From contig JBBDZE010000033.1 of the NCBI GenBank assembly GCA_040900345.1, positions 25,309 to 64,755 of the forward strand: a stretch of 39,447 nt of DNA, read 5' to 3'. The translations under genes and the position numbers were made by a program. Within the stretch, counting starts at the first letter, position 1. Every line of letters begins with the position of its first letter. Positions 1 through 9,127 of the stretch are shown here, piece by piece. The notes below the pieces were generated by a model, which was not told where the DNA came from, did not search any database, and saw only the letters and a program-made list of their open reading frames with translations. Origin of the DNA: Candidatus Spechtbacterales bacterium (lineage in GTDB: Bacteria > Patescibacteriota > Minisyncoccia > Spechtbacterales > 2-12-FULL-38-22).

Positions 1-57
1 TTTTTCCCGGCCCCGCGCTGATTCCCGTTCCTCGGGAACCTCTATGCTCTTAAGGTG

Positions 58-2787
58 CTAATGGGACGATGGCGCCTCCTCCTCCGGGCGTCCGTCGTCC
101 TCCAAGTCGTTTTGAGAATCCGGATTCTGCGTCGCCTCCGGTTCCGGCGTCGCCCGGGGTGCCGGGCCCACATCTTGGACCGGATCCGTTGCCGACAGGA
201 CCGAGTCATATACCGGCTCCGTCGACGTCGAATCACTGTCGTCCACCTCGACCACCGGCGTCGGTTGAACCGTCGGCGGTGGGTTGGGGTCTCGCGGCGG
301 ATTCTGCGGATCCCAGGGGGGAGCCGCAGGGGTCGCCTCGCCGCAGAGCTCGTCCGAGTTGGACTGCATCCGCTTGAGCACGCCGGCTCGGTTGCCTTGT
401 GCCTCCACGGTTGCTGCGGCCAACGCGGCTTCCTCTGCAGCCGCGACGGTGCCGCCCGTCCGCGTCTCCGTACCGAGGGCCTTGTCGGTTGCCTGCTTGC
501 CGTTGAGGCAGTACAGGACAACCGGCAACTCCGCCGTCATTGTTCTGATGAACTGCGACGGCGATGGCGCCGTGCCCTGTGGCGGAGACCCTCCGAATCC
601 CTTGATGAAGTTGTGCGTAATGCATGTCTTCGTCACTCCGCTTCGCAACATCGTGTTCACGACGCTCGCGGAAAGGAAACAGTTCGAGTAATTCACACCC
701 ACGATGCCGGGGATGCTCACTTCTCGAATCTGCAGCGACTGGTTGAAGACCAGCGGCACCGACCAATGCTGGCCGCACTGGAGTGTGAAAGCCTCCGCCG
801 GGATCACAACCCCGTTGCGGAGAACCTGGAATGTCCACTGCCGGCTGTTGCCGTACGTGTTGATGACTCCAGCGCTGCAGGTCTTCGTCATGGGATAGCG
901 CAGGGCCTGTGGCTCCTGTGCCGTACATCCCGCCAAGAACTGCTGGATGCTGACCTCACGCGCCTTGCGGAACGCGAGTTCTCGGGCACTCAGGGCCTTG
1001 TTGACGACCGCGCTACCCCAATTGTTGTCCCGGACTTCCGTTTCGGTGACTCGGATAACGCCACCATCGAACTTACGCGTCCCCGTTCCGAAGATCAGGT
1101 GTCGCGAGCCTGGCGGGCACGCCACAAACCGATCTGGAACTTCCACGGTCAGCGTGAAGGGCTCCTTCGGCGGCGTTGGCTTCGGCACTGGCGGAGGCGG
1201 CGCTCCCTTCTCAAAAAGGAGATTAGCGCACAGCGTCATCACGTGGATGACGCTCTCGCCGTTATAGAACTTCCCGCCGCTGGCAAGACCACATTCGAAG
1301 GCCTCAACCTCAGCAGAGCCATCGGGATGCCGTTCGCCGATGAACTCCCTGTCGCCGATGCGGTATTGCATCTCGTCCGCTACCACAGTGTGCGGACCAG
1401 TGCAAATGACTTCGGCGGGGCTGTCGATGATTCCTTCGTCGACAAGACGCAGGGCAGCCTCTGCCGGCGTGTCGATGCCCGCAGCGTAGATGAACCGTGA
1501 GCGTTCAGCTGCGCCACCACTGGCTCCGGGCACTGAACGATTAGCATCGTCTGCGTCGACTGGTGCGAGAGAGAACACAACCGCGTCCTCTTCCGTCTCG
1601 TCGACCAGCGTTGCTTCGCCGTCGAGCACCAGGCTGAAGACCGTACCCTCCGGGGTAAACCGGAAGGTAGCCGACAGCGATCCGATGAGCTCTTCGTCCG
1701 AGTCCACCGAAATCTTGTAGAGACCCGGTGGAATAGCGAACTCCGCCTCCCCGCCGCTGCCGACAATACGGCAGTTAAAGGTTTTGGCGGCGTCCTCGAC
1801 GGACGGGCCACAGAGAAACTCCTCGGTGACCATCTTGTCCTTGTTGTCGACGGGTCGGATCGAAACGGTGAACTTCGCCTCTTCTGCCCCTTCGGGCATA
1901 TCGGCGAACTCCAGACGATACAGAACGGGTTCGCCGTCCTCCGCAGCTTCCGCCGCGGCTGCACCGTTCTCGTCGCCGTTGTCGCCGGCTGCCGCAAGAG
2001 CGAGCAGACCGTCAACCGGACACTTCGAGAGCGGGTCATTCTGGTCGGCCCGACACTCCCACTCATCGCCCATCCAGACGAGCTGCCAGAACGTACCCTG
2101 CAGCCCTGAGCCCTCGGGAGGAACAATGCTAACCAAGTAGGCCAGCTCTTCGTCCTCCCCGAGAGGCTCTCCCAGCGGAAGGTCGAATGCAACCCTCCCC
2201 TCTTCGTCCGTGGTCTTCTCTTGCTCGACAACGAGCAGGCCGCCGGAGGCGCGGACGATGGCGCCCGCAAGGGTTTCATCCTCCGCGTTGGTCACCTGGA
2301 ACTCGTAGACACCGCTGTCGGCGCCGCTGTCGGCGCCGAAGAGCCATAGCGCGATGCCCAGGATGAGGATTCCGGCTATGGCAACGCCAATGATTGCCAG
2401 GAACCAGCCGAGCACCAGGCGGCCGCGTCGGCGGCCCCCGTTGGAAGCGACGACCGGGCGCTGGCCGCGGGGCGGTTCTCCGCCTCCGCTGCTGCCTTGA
2501 AGTCGTTCGGCTCGCTCGCGCTCTTCCTCACGGATGCGCGCACGCATCTGCGCTGGGGTCTCCTGTTGGTCTTGGGCCACGTCAGCCTCCCCTTCTTCAG
2601 CCGGTGGCTGGTCTCCGGGAGAGGGCTCTGCGGCTCCCTGCTCATCCTCTTCAAGCTCTTCAATCGGCACGTAGTTGGTCCCATCGTAGACCATAATACG
2701 TCGTGTGCCATATGGCGCTGGTGGCTGGCCACCCTCTTCCGACTGATCGGGTTGCCCTGGTCGATTATCAGGTCCAGACGCTGTCAT
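58..2787 (-). CDS. Large single-pass membrane-anchored surface protein (909 aa) with Pro/Glu-rich termini; function unknown
   Basis: Longest ORF in a GC-rich stretch where all frames are open. ATG at 2787 with AAGGAGG 6 nt upstream. Acidic/Pro-rich N-terminus, one hydrophobic helix (LVLGWFLAIIGVAIAGILILGIALWLF), then a Cys-containing ectodomain. Segments such as YEFQVTNAEDETLAGAIVRASGG...TDEEGRVAFDLPLG resemble carboxypeptidase-regulatory-like beta-sandwich domains. Pro-rich C-terminal tail. Confidence 0.7.
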   Translation of the reverse strand: MTASGPDNRPGQPDQSEEGGQPPAPYGTRRIMVYDGTNYVPIEELEEDEQGAAEPSPGDQPPAEEGEADVAQDQQETPAQMRARIREEERERAERLQGSSGGGEPPRGQRPVVASNGGRRRGRLVLGWFLAIIGVAIAGILILGIALWLFGADSGADSGVYEFQVTNAEDETLAGAIVRASGGLLVVEQEKTTDEEGRVAFDLPLGEPLGEDEELAYLVSIVPPEGSGLQGTFWQLVWMGDEWECRADQNDPLSKCPVDGLLALAAAGDNGDENGAAAAEAAEDGEPVLYRLEFADMPEGAEEAKFTVSIRPVDNKDKMVTEEFLCGPSVEDAAKTFNCRIVGSGGEAEFAIPPGLYKISVDSDEELIGSLSATFRFTPEGTVFSLVLDGEATLVDETEEDAVVFSLAPVDADDANRSVPGASGGAAERSRFIYAAGIDTPAEAALRLVDEGIIDSPAEVICTGPHTVVADEMQYRIGDREFIGERHPDGSAEVEAFECGLASGGKFYNGESVIHVMTLCANLLFEKGAPPPPVPKPTPPKEPFTLTVEVPDRFVACPPGSRHLIFGTGTRKFDGGVIRVTETEVRDNNWGSAVVNKALSARELAFRKAREVSIQQFLAGCTAQEPQALRYPMTKTCSAGVINTYGNSRQWTFQVLRNGVVIPAEAFTLQCGQHWSVPLVFNQSLQIREVSIPGIVGVNYSNCFLSASVVNTMLRSGVTKTCITHNFIKGFGGSPPQGTAPSPSQFIRTMTAELPVVLYCLNGKQATDKALGTETRTGGTVAAAEEAALAAATVEAQGNRAGVLKRMQSNSDELCGEATPAAPPWDPQNPPRDPNPPPTVQPTPVVEVDDSDSTSTEPVYDSVLSATDPVQDVGPAPRATPEPEATQNPDSQNDLEDDGRPEEEAPSSH

Positions 2788-3151
2788 AGCGTTCCTCCTT
2801 GGCTTCTGATTCTTCGTGGACTCTCCGAAAGACCGCGAGTATCTCGCGTCCTCCCGGGACGTATCGACGACCCTGAATGGGGATCGTCATGGGTCAGATG
2901 ATTGTTTCCTGACATCAAATTAACCCCCTTTCCGGGGACTAACTCAAACACACAAACAAATTGTGTAGAGTACTATTGAAAACTTCGGCAAAATCCATTC
3001 CCTCGAGTGAGAGACGCAATTTGTACCGACTAGGTATTCTACGTCTAATCCGTAGAACTGTCAAGGGGGGGCGCCACTATTGGGACATGGTCGAATTTTT
3101 CCCCTCTTGTGATACTAGTAGTATCAAGAATGTCCCTATTTTGCAACTAAA

Positions 3152-3208
3152 ATCCCGCCATGGACTGTCCGAGATCGGGGAACAACTCCGGACAGCCCAT
3201 GGCGGGAT
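3152..3208. other. Long imperfect stem-loop in non-coding region
   Basis: atcccgccatgg (3152-3163) is the exact reverse complement of ccatggcgggat (3197-3208). An inner ctgtccg/cggacag pairing extends the stem. Confidence 0.6.
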
Positions 3209-3297
3209 GTGTTCGTGCCCTTGCAGAACATCTCGTTGTAGTGCTAATGTCCGAACATGTCAACCCCGTTAATAGCCCAGCGATGAGGAAACATGCC

Positions 3298-3353
3298 CTT
3301 TCTCTTTTATCCCTTATCTCCACGGCCGTGGAGATAAGGGATAAAAGAGAAAG
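3298..3353. repeat. 56-bp perfect palindrome
   Basis: ctttctcttttatcccttatctccacgg (3298-3325) is followed directly by its exact reverse complement ccgtggagataagggataaaagagaaag (3326-3353), with no spacer. Confidence 0.9.
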
Positions 3354-3385
3354 CTACGTTACCTATTTTAAAATGCCTCATACCA

Positions 3386-3423
3386 CCTCAAAAACACCTC
3401 ATCTATGTGAGGTGTTTTTGAGG
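3386..3423 (-). terminator. Hairpin downstream of the IMPase-family gene, putative terminator
   Basis: cctcaaaaacacctca (3386-3401), 6-nt loop, tgaggtgtttttgagg (3408-3423). 16-bp perfect stem with T/A runs, 27 nt past the stop at 3450. Confidence 0.5.
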
Positions 3424-3449
3424 AACGACTCAAACCGGTGAAGCGTTTT

Positions 3450-4229
3450 TTACGTGTAGAGCTTCTTGGTTATGGCCACGATGTCGTTATGCACGACCCC
3501 ATTTGAAGCCAGAAAGTACCCATTGCCAAACTCCCAGGGGTTTCCGGACAAATCGGACACTCTCCCGCCCGCCTCCTGAACCAATAGGACACCCGCGGCA
3601 TAATCCCAGGTGGACAACCCAAGACAGACAAATCCCTCCGTGCCGCCGCGTGCAACATATGCAAGCTCTAAAGCACAGCAACCGAACACGCGAGCACTTT
3701 TTGCGCTACGGGACAATTCAGCACGCAATACCTCGCTTGGTTCGCGATCTTCGGGTTTTCGCGAGCGTCCATAGGTAACCATTCCCTCGGATGCCCGTTG
3801 GGAGGAGACATGCAGGGGGATGCCATCGTTCCAAAACGCACCCTGGCCTTTTTCTGCATAAAATAAGGAAGGAATAACGGGATTATATACCACGCCGGCG
3901 ATAAGCTCGCCATCCTTTTCGAGTCCTACTGAAACGGCGAACAGGGGGATGCTATTGGCAAAATTGCTCGTCCCATCGATGGGGTCCACGTGCCAGCGAT
4001 AGGGTTGGCTTCCGACTACTTCCCCGCCCTCCTCTCCGGCGATACTAAAATCGGGCGTATGCTTTTTGAGCACTTCAATGATAGCTCTTTCGCTCTCCTC
4101 GTCAGCCCGGGTCACAATACTCGTATCGTCCTTCTCGCGCTTTACCAGCGCGGTCTCAAAATAGTGCTCGGCAACGACTCCTCCAGCCTTGGCTGCCTCA
4201 ATAGCGATGGTTGCGTATTCCATGGTCAT
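3450..4229 (-). CDS. suhB: Inositol monophosphatase family protein (SuhB-like)
   Basis: IMPase signatures WHVDPIDGTSNF and WDYAAG. 259 aa. ATGA start/stop overlap with the upstream murC. Confidence 0.85.
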   Translation of the reverse strand: MTMEYATIAIEAAKAGGVVAEHYFETALVKREKDDTSIVTRADEESERAIIEVLKKHTPDFSIAGEEGGEVVGSQPYRWHVDPIDGTSNFANSIPLFAVSVGLEKDGELIAGVVYNPVIPSLFYAEKGQGAFWNDGIPLHVSSQRASEGMVTYGRSRKPEDREPSEVLRAELSRSAKSARVFGCCALELAYVARGGTEGFVCLGLSTWDYAAGVLLVQEAGGRVSDLSGNPWEFGNGYFLASNGVVHNDIVAITKKLYT

Positions 4230-5434
4230 TGCGCAAGAGCTTGTACTATTTGCCAGGAATCCCCCGCTCCCACGGAAAAGAGTACTCTGTCGCCGGAAAG
4301 ATTTTTCTTATAATACCGTATGGCCTCTTCGTTGGTGGCAAAGTATTCGGCCCTAAGCGTGGCGGCAAGCTTTTTACCAAGCTCGTCTTTTCCCTGCTCG
4401 CGAGCCGAGCTGTACGTCTTTAAAATAGCGACGCGATCAACTTTCGCCAGTTCCTTCACAAAATCGTCAAACAATCCTTTCGTACGGCTAAATGTATGGG
4501 GCTGAAACACCATACAGACCTCTTTGTTCGGAAACTTCTCTCGAATGCCCGAAAGGAGCGCAGCAATCTCGGTTGGATGGTGCGCGTAATCGTCGTAGAG
4601 CTCGGCCCCGTTGTACACACCATAGTGCTCAAATCGGCGCGCCAGACCTTTAAAATTGACAAGCGCCTCGTGGATGGTCTCGTCGTTTACGCCAAGTTTG
4701 CGCGCCGCCGCCGCGGCCAGGTTGGCATTCTTTTGGTTGTGTTGGCCCGGTAGCGCCAACGCAAAGTGTTCCAGTGTATCGGGAACACGAATAAGCAGGT
4801 CGCGTTCTACCCGGTCAGTGAAGATCTTAAATGACATCATGTAGGAATCCCTCGTAGGGAAATAGTCGGGGTGGTCGTAATCCACGCTCGTAAGCAGTAT
4901 CATCTCGGGATCGTAGCGCAGAAAAGCATCGCGATATTCGTCGGCTTCCAGCACAAAGTACTGCGAAGCACCGACGCGAGCGTTGCTCCCCCACTCGTTC
5001 ACGCGACTGCCGACCACCACAGTCGGGTCAAACCCCGCCCGCTCCAAAATAACCCCTAACATAGCCGTCGTGGTACTTTTGCCGTGGGTTCCCGCCACCG
5101 CAATGCCCCGCATGGCGTTAAACAGCTCGGCCAAGCCATCGTGCCAGGTAATGACAGGTATGGCCCGCTTCTGCGCGACGATAATCTCCGGATTGTCGGT
5201 ATTGATGTAGGCAGGGGAGGTTACCACGATATCTACCTGTTCGGGCACGTTGTGGGCGTCAAAGCCCTCTACAAAAGGAATATCAAGATGCCGCAAAACC
5301 TCGTCCGTAAAAAAGACCTCGTGAGTGTCCGAGCCGGACACGGCGATGGCGCGGTCGCGTAAAAGCTGCGCAAACGCCGTCATTCCCACTCCTTTGATGC
5401 CAACAAAATAGGCACTTTTGATATTCTCTATCAT
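4226..5434 (-). CDS. murC: UDP-N-acetylmuramate--L-alanine ligase (Mur ligase family)
   Basis: N-terminal GIKGVGMTAFAQLL nucleotide-binding motif and the Mur ligase P-loop AGTHGKSTTTAML. I chose the ATG at 5434 (MIENIK...), which overlaps the upstream stop as TAATG. The ORF track starts at a TTG at 5446. Confidence 0.8.
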   Translation of the reverse strand: MIENIKSAYFVGIKGVGMTAFAQLLRDRAIAVSGSDTHEVFFTDEVLRHLDIPFVEGFDAHNVPEQVDIVVTSPAYINTDNPEIIVAQKRAIPVITWHDGLAELFNAMRGIAVAGTHGKSTTTAMLGVILERAGFDPTVVVGSRVNEWGSNARVGASQYFVLEADEYRDAFLRYDPEMILLTSVDYDHPDYFPTRDSYMMSFKIFTDRVERDLLIRVPDTLEHFALALPGQHNQKNANLAAAAARKLGVNDETIHEALVNFKGLARRFEHYGVYNGAELYDDYAHHPTEIAALLSGIREKFPNKEVCMVFQPHTFSRTKGLFDDFVKELAKVDRVAILKTYSSAREQGKDELGKKLAATLRAEYFATNEEAIRYYKKNLSGDRVLFSVGAGDSWQIVQALAQ

Positions 5435-5778
5435 TACGGCGTACAATTACCTGCCAAGGTGTAGCCAGCCTCTTGGGCTTCCTGGGGGGAGGCGAACCAG
5501 ACCTGATTGTCTTCTTTGATGCTCGAAGCGCCCGAACAATATTCAAAATGATACTTGTCAGAGTTGATGCTCCCGACCACGCGGCCGGTACGTTCTGCGA
5601 CATTCACCTCTTGCGCTTCGTTACTTTTTGCGGTAGAATATAGCTCGGATGTGAGGCGTTCGACCACGATGGGCGACTTCTCGACATGAGCCACCGATGC
5701 GGCAACAAAACCCAGCGCGAAAATACCTACCGCGCTGCACGCAAGAATAAGCGCCGTGTACCGTTGGCCCGAAATCAT
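5434..5778 (-). CDS. Membrane-anchored protein with C-terminal Ada-like/sunset-type metal-binding domain
   Basis: N-terminal hydrophobic helix (YTALILACSAVGIFALGFVAA). C-terminal KYHFEYCSGASSIKEDNQVWFASPQEAQEAGYTLAGNC matches the YH..C....I...N..F.S..EA..AGY....C pattern. ATG at 5778; GTG alternative at 5787. Confidence 0.55.
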   Translation of the reverse strand: MISGQRYTALILACSAVGIFALGFVAASVAHVEKSPIVVERLTSELYSTAKSNEAQEVNVAERTGRVVGSINSDKYHFEYCSGASSIKEDNQVWFASPQEAQEAGYTLAGNCTP

Positions 5779-5817
5779 ATGCTTCACGTTTTCTAGTATC
5801 TCCCTTATTATACTATT

Positions 5818-6090
5818 ATGTCAAAGACAAAAGCAGCAGGAACAAGTAAGCTCGGAAGAGATTCTATCTCTAAGCGCCTCGGCGTGAAGCTTTTTGGCGG
5901 GCAGAAGGTATCGGCTGGTAACATTATTCTTCGCCAGCGCGGTACGCGCTTTCTTCCCGGCAAGAACGTCCGTCTGGCCGCCGACGACACCATCTACGCC
6001 CAGCGAAGCGGTATGGTGAAATTTCGCACCATTCGCAAAAGAAATTTCGATGGCCGCCAGCGCCGTGCCAAAATAATCGACGTTTTCTAA
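5818..6090 (+). CDS. rpmA: 50S ribosomal protein L27
   Basis: [45 protein letters not shown] is a canonical L27 sequence. 90 aa. Confidence 0.95.
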   Translation: MSKTKAAGTSKLGRDSISKRLGVKLFGGQKVSAGNIILRQRGTRFLPGKNVRLAADDTIYAQRSGMVKFRTIRKRNFDGRQRRAKIIDVF

Positions 6091-6110
6091 CCCCCCACCC
6101 TCCAGCAATC

Positions 6111-6138
6111 AAAAGGCCGCCCACATGGGCGGCCTTTT
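6111..6138 (+). terminator. Intrinsic terminator after rpmA
   Basis: aaaaggccgccca / tgggcggcctttt form a GC-rich stem. It is followed by a T run and lies 21 nt after the rpmA stop. Confidence 0.8.
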
Positions 6139-6160
6139 GATTTATAGAAATGGTGGGTGG

Positions 6161-6190
6161 TAGGCCTCGGCGACGTGTCGCCGAGGCCTA
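6161..6190. repeat. 30-bp GC-rich palindrome/hairpin
   Basis: taggcctcggcgac gt gtcgccgaggccta: 14-bp perfect arms. Sits between convergent rpmA and the 159-aa ORF. Confidence 0.7.
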
Positions 6191-6306
6191 CGCAAATGGC
6201 GTTTCCATCGCTACCTCTTCGGCCTAACCGCTCGAGATGCCTCAGAAAGCAGCGGGGAAACTATGCGTAGCGGCATTCGTGTAGATTGCGGACGAGCTCC
6301 TGCGTC

Positions 6307-6786
6307 CTAGCTGATCTGCGTTCCAATGTCCCGTAACGCCCTCTCTATGTCCAACGAAGGGCCTCCCCCTTCGCCCGGAAGAGCCACTACCTGCTTGCTT
6401 TCGCGCAGGGCCGGGCCTTCTGGGGGTACTCTGGCACGCACCCAAAGCTTCGTGGTCATATCCTCGCTTGCGTACGAGAATACGATGCCAACATCTGATC
6501 CAAGGGGGCAAAAAACCCCTACCAGCAGTTCTTCGGTCTTTCTCGCAGCATCGGCGAGCGAGAAGGTCCGGTCCGACTCGTTCTCTTCAGGGCGCTCTCC
6601 CTTGTTGCGGAGGACGCTGACGAAGTACTCCGCCAAGCTTTCCCCGCACCAACGGCCCTGGAAGAGATCACCCTCCTCGCTCTTGACCTCAAAGAAATTG
6701 CGGCGAAGATGTACCGTGAAGCGTATGGGCTGCCCGCGAGCTGCTCGACGCAATCCGCGGAACAGCACCCAGATGTACTCATTCAA
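6307..6786 (-). CDS. Hypothetical protein (159 aa), GC-rich orphan downstream of pyrG
   Basis: Protein-like composition, whereas the antisense ORF 6326-6925 is S/R/P-rich. The only start is a TTG at 6786 and no clear SD is visible. No motif recognised. Confidence 0.4.
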   Translation of the reverse strand: MNEYIWVLFRGLRRAARGQPIRFTVHLRRNFFEVKSEEGDLFQGRWCGESLAEYFVSVLRNKGERPEENESDRTFSLADAARKTEELLVGVFCPLGSDVGIVFSYASEDMTTKLWVRARVPPEGPALRESKQVVALPGEGGGPSLDIERALRDIGTQIS

Positions 6787-6888
6787 TAAACACCATACCG
6801 TTCTTTCTGGCCGCCACGCCGGAACTGCCTATATTAAACCAAATATCATCAGAAAATCAAGCTGGCGCATTTTAAAAACGTTCTCTCT

Positions 6889-8559
6889 TTATGTTTTCTC
6901 CCGCGCGGCAACAGCTGCAGTCTGACGAACATGGACAGAAGCTTTGGCGGCTTTCACAAACGCGCCAAACAACGGATGGGGCGCCAGGGGGCGCGATTGC
7001 AGTTCCGGATGAAATTGCGTCGCAAGGAAAAATGGATGGCCAGGTAGCTCAATAATCTCTACAAGACCCGTGTCCGGGTTGGTACCCGAAATGCGCATGC
7101 CATTTTGCTCAAGGGCGTCACGGTACAGATCGTTCACTTCGTAGCGGTGTCGGTGTCGTTCGAGTACCTGGGATTTGCCGTATGCCGCGCGAGCAATGCT
7201 GCCGGGTGCTAAATCACACGCATAGTGGCCCAACCTCATCGTTCCGCCATAGTGGTTGTCTGCCAAGTTCTTTTTTTGTTCCGGCATGATGTCAATCACG
7301 GGGTGTTTGGTCTTGGGGTTCACCTCGGTCGTATGGGCACCTACAAAACCGAGTACGTTGCGCGCGAATTCGATAACAGCCATTTGCAGCCCATAGCACA
7401 ATCCCAAATAAGGAATGCCCTGCCGGCGACAATACTCGGCAACACGAATTTTTCCCTCAACTCCACGACTACCAAAGCCGCCCGGCACAATAATGCCGTC
7501 ATATTCGCGCAGGTTTTTGAGTGCTTTTCGGTCGCGTTCGTACTCTTCGACGTTGAGCCATTCAATGCGCGGGTTGAGCCCATGGCTCCAGGCGGCATGC
7601 TTGACCGACTCAATCACAGAAATATAGGAATCCGCCAAAACAAAACGTCCTGTTTCAAAATATTTTCCAACAATGCCGATGCGCACCTCCTTCTTGGGGC
7701 TGTTAATGGTACGCACGAGCGCGCGCCACTTGCGCCCATCTTTTTTGCGCGGGCGAAGGCCGAGTTTTTTAATGACCAAGTCCCCCAAACCTTCCTGCTC
7801 AAAGTTCATGGGGATCTCATAAATGCTGCTTTCGATATCTGGAGCGGAAATGATTGCCCGCTCTTCCACGTTACAAAAAACGGCAATCTTTTGCTTGCGG
7901 GGCTCGTCCAGGGGGTATTCACTTCGTGCCACAATAACGTCGGGCTGAATGCCGGCAGAGTTTAGGGTACGCACGGCATATTGCGTTGGCTTGGTCTTCA
8001 TTTCTCCCACCATCTTGGGCGTGGGGAGATAGCTCACGAGTATAAACAACACATCCTTAGGCTTTTTGAGGTGCATCATGCGAGCCGCTTCCAGGAACAG
8101 CATATTTTGGTATTCGCCCACCGTACCGCCAATCTCGATGAGGGTTATGTCGGCCTTGGCCTCTTTGGCAGCCTGTTCAATGCGACGAATCACTTCCAGC
8201 GGGATGTGTGGGACCACTTCCACGCTCTTGCCCTCGTATTCTAAATTGCGCTCTTTTTGGATGACGGTCTGGTAAACCAGCCCCGTGGTCATGTAGTTGC
8301 TTGCCGTCAGATCCACGTTCAAAAAACGCTCATAGTTGCCAATATCCTGGTCGCATTCCATGCCATCTTTCGTCACGAAAACTTCTCCGTGTTCGGTGGG
8401 GTTCATGGTACCGGCGTCCACGTTGATATAGGGATCAATTTTGACCGCAGTTACAGTAAAGCCCCTCGATTTCAGAAGGGCTCCAAGTGAGGAAGTCGCA
8501 ACTCCTTTGCCGACTCCGCTCATGACACCGCCGGTAACGAATATGTATTTCTTCGACAT
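6889..8559 (-). CDS. pyrG: CTP synthase
   Basis: N-terminal KYIFVTGGVMSGVGKGV, a C-terminal glutamine amidotransferase domain (GLCYGLQ, HRHRYEVN). 556 aa. Confidence 0.97.
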   Translation of the reverse strand: MSKKYIFVTGGVMSGVGKGVATSSLGALLKSRGFTVTAVKIDPYINVDAGTMNPTEHGEVFVTKDGMECDQDIGNYERFLNVDLTASNYMTTGLVYQTVIQKERNLEYEGKSVEVVPHIPLEVIRRIEQAAKEAKADITLIEIGGTVGEYQNMLFLEAARMMHLKKPKDVLFILVSYLPTPKMVGEMKTKPTQYAVRTLNSAGIQPDVIVARSEYPLDEPRKQKIAVFCNVEERAIISAPDIESSIYEIPMNFEQEGLGDLVIKKLGLRPRKKDGRKWRALVRTINSPKKEVRIGIVGKYFETGRFVLADSYISVIESVKHAAWSHGLNPRIEWLNVEEYERDRKALKNLREYDGIIVPGGFGSRGVEGKIRVAEYCRRQGIPYLGLCYGLQMAVIEFARNVLGFVGAHTTEVNPKTKHPVIDIMPEQKKNLADNHYGGTMRLGHYACDLAPGSIARAAYGKSQVLERHRHRYEVNDLYRDALEQNGMRISGTNPDTGLVEIIELPGHPFFLATQFHPELQSRPLAPHPLFGAFVKAAKASVHVRQTAAVAAREKT

Positions 8560-8593
8560 TCGTGGTTGTCGTCTGGGTTGTGTGAATCGGGCG

Positions 8594-9040
8594 CTACTCT
8601 TCCGCCTCTACCAACACTTTGAGTTCGGCTTCAAGACCGTGCTCAAACTCAGCCATTACCTTATATTCTCCGGTTTCTTTAATGGGTTGTTCCAGGGTTA
8701 TCGCCTTCTCGGGAACGGCAAAACCCATTTCACCAAGGGCTTTGGCAATCGTCTTTTCAGTAACAGCCGCATAGAGCTTTCCTTGTTCGTCGGCCTTGGT
8801 GGAGATGAACACTTCCATGCCGTCTACCGCAGCAACGGTGCCTTCAATTTGTTCAAGTTCCTTTGTCGCCTCAAGTTCTTGCTCGCGCATCTGTTCTTCC
8901 AGTTCTTCAAGCGCATCTTGGCTCGCAAGCCGGGCCAGCTTTTGCGGGAACAAAAAATTCCGCGCGTAGCCATCGGAGACGTGCCTTACGTCCCACTTGC
9001 TGCCGATATTCTTTACGTTGGCGAGTAAGATGATTTTCAT
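8594..9040 (-). CDS. rplI: 50S ribosomal protein L9
   Basis: MKIILLANVKNIGSKWDVRHVSDGYARNFLFPQKLA is a canonical L9 N-terminus. 148 aa. Confidence 0.93.
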   Translation of the reverse strand: MKIILLANVKNIGSKWDVRHVSDGYARNFLFPQKLARLASQDALEELEEQMREQELEATKELEQIEGTVAAVDGMEVFISTKADEQGKLYAAVTEKTIAKALGEMGFAVPEKAITLEQPIKETGEYKVMAEFEHGLEAELKVLVEAEE

Positions 9041-9127
9041 AATTTCGCTTTCATTTTATACGTGCCCGGCCCGAATGACAAGTGGTAGGGCCTCTCGATG
9101 TTGGCCGCTCTTCTTGATGCCCAAAAT

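Noticed and set aside
42-2901. Many long overlapping ORFs on both strands, for example 55-1500 (+) 481 aa, 1380-2279 (-) 299 aa and 233-928 (-) 231 aa.
   Set aside because: They are R/P/S/A-rich shadow frames typical of GC-rich DNA and are all nested in the 909-aa ORF. Only that ORF has an SD, a TM helix and domain-like composition.
3298-3353. The 56-bp palindrome as a telomere-resolution, replication-origin or IS200/IS605-type hairpin site.
   Set aside because: No protelomerase, Rep or TnpA-like gene is present in the window. The idea cannot be supported from sequence alone.
2961-3441. Two plus-strand ORFs (103 and 93 aa) in the large intergenic region.
   Set aside because: They translate straight through the perfect palindromes, start at weak codons without an SD and have Cys/Arg-rich, non-protein-like composition.
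6326-6925. 199-aa plus-strand ORF antisense to the 159-aa ORF, running into pyrG.
   Set aside because: It has S/R/P-rich low-complexity translation, overlaps the 3' end of pyrG and has no SD. It looks like an antisense shadow.
7225-7965. 246-aa plus-strand ORF inside pyrG. Similar antisense ORFs lie at 9548-10354, 23098-23688 and 30019-30615.
   Set aside because: Each lies entirely antisense to a confidently identified conserved gene (pyrG, S41 protease, DsbA, msrA/msrB) and has no recognisable motif.
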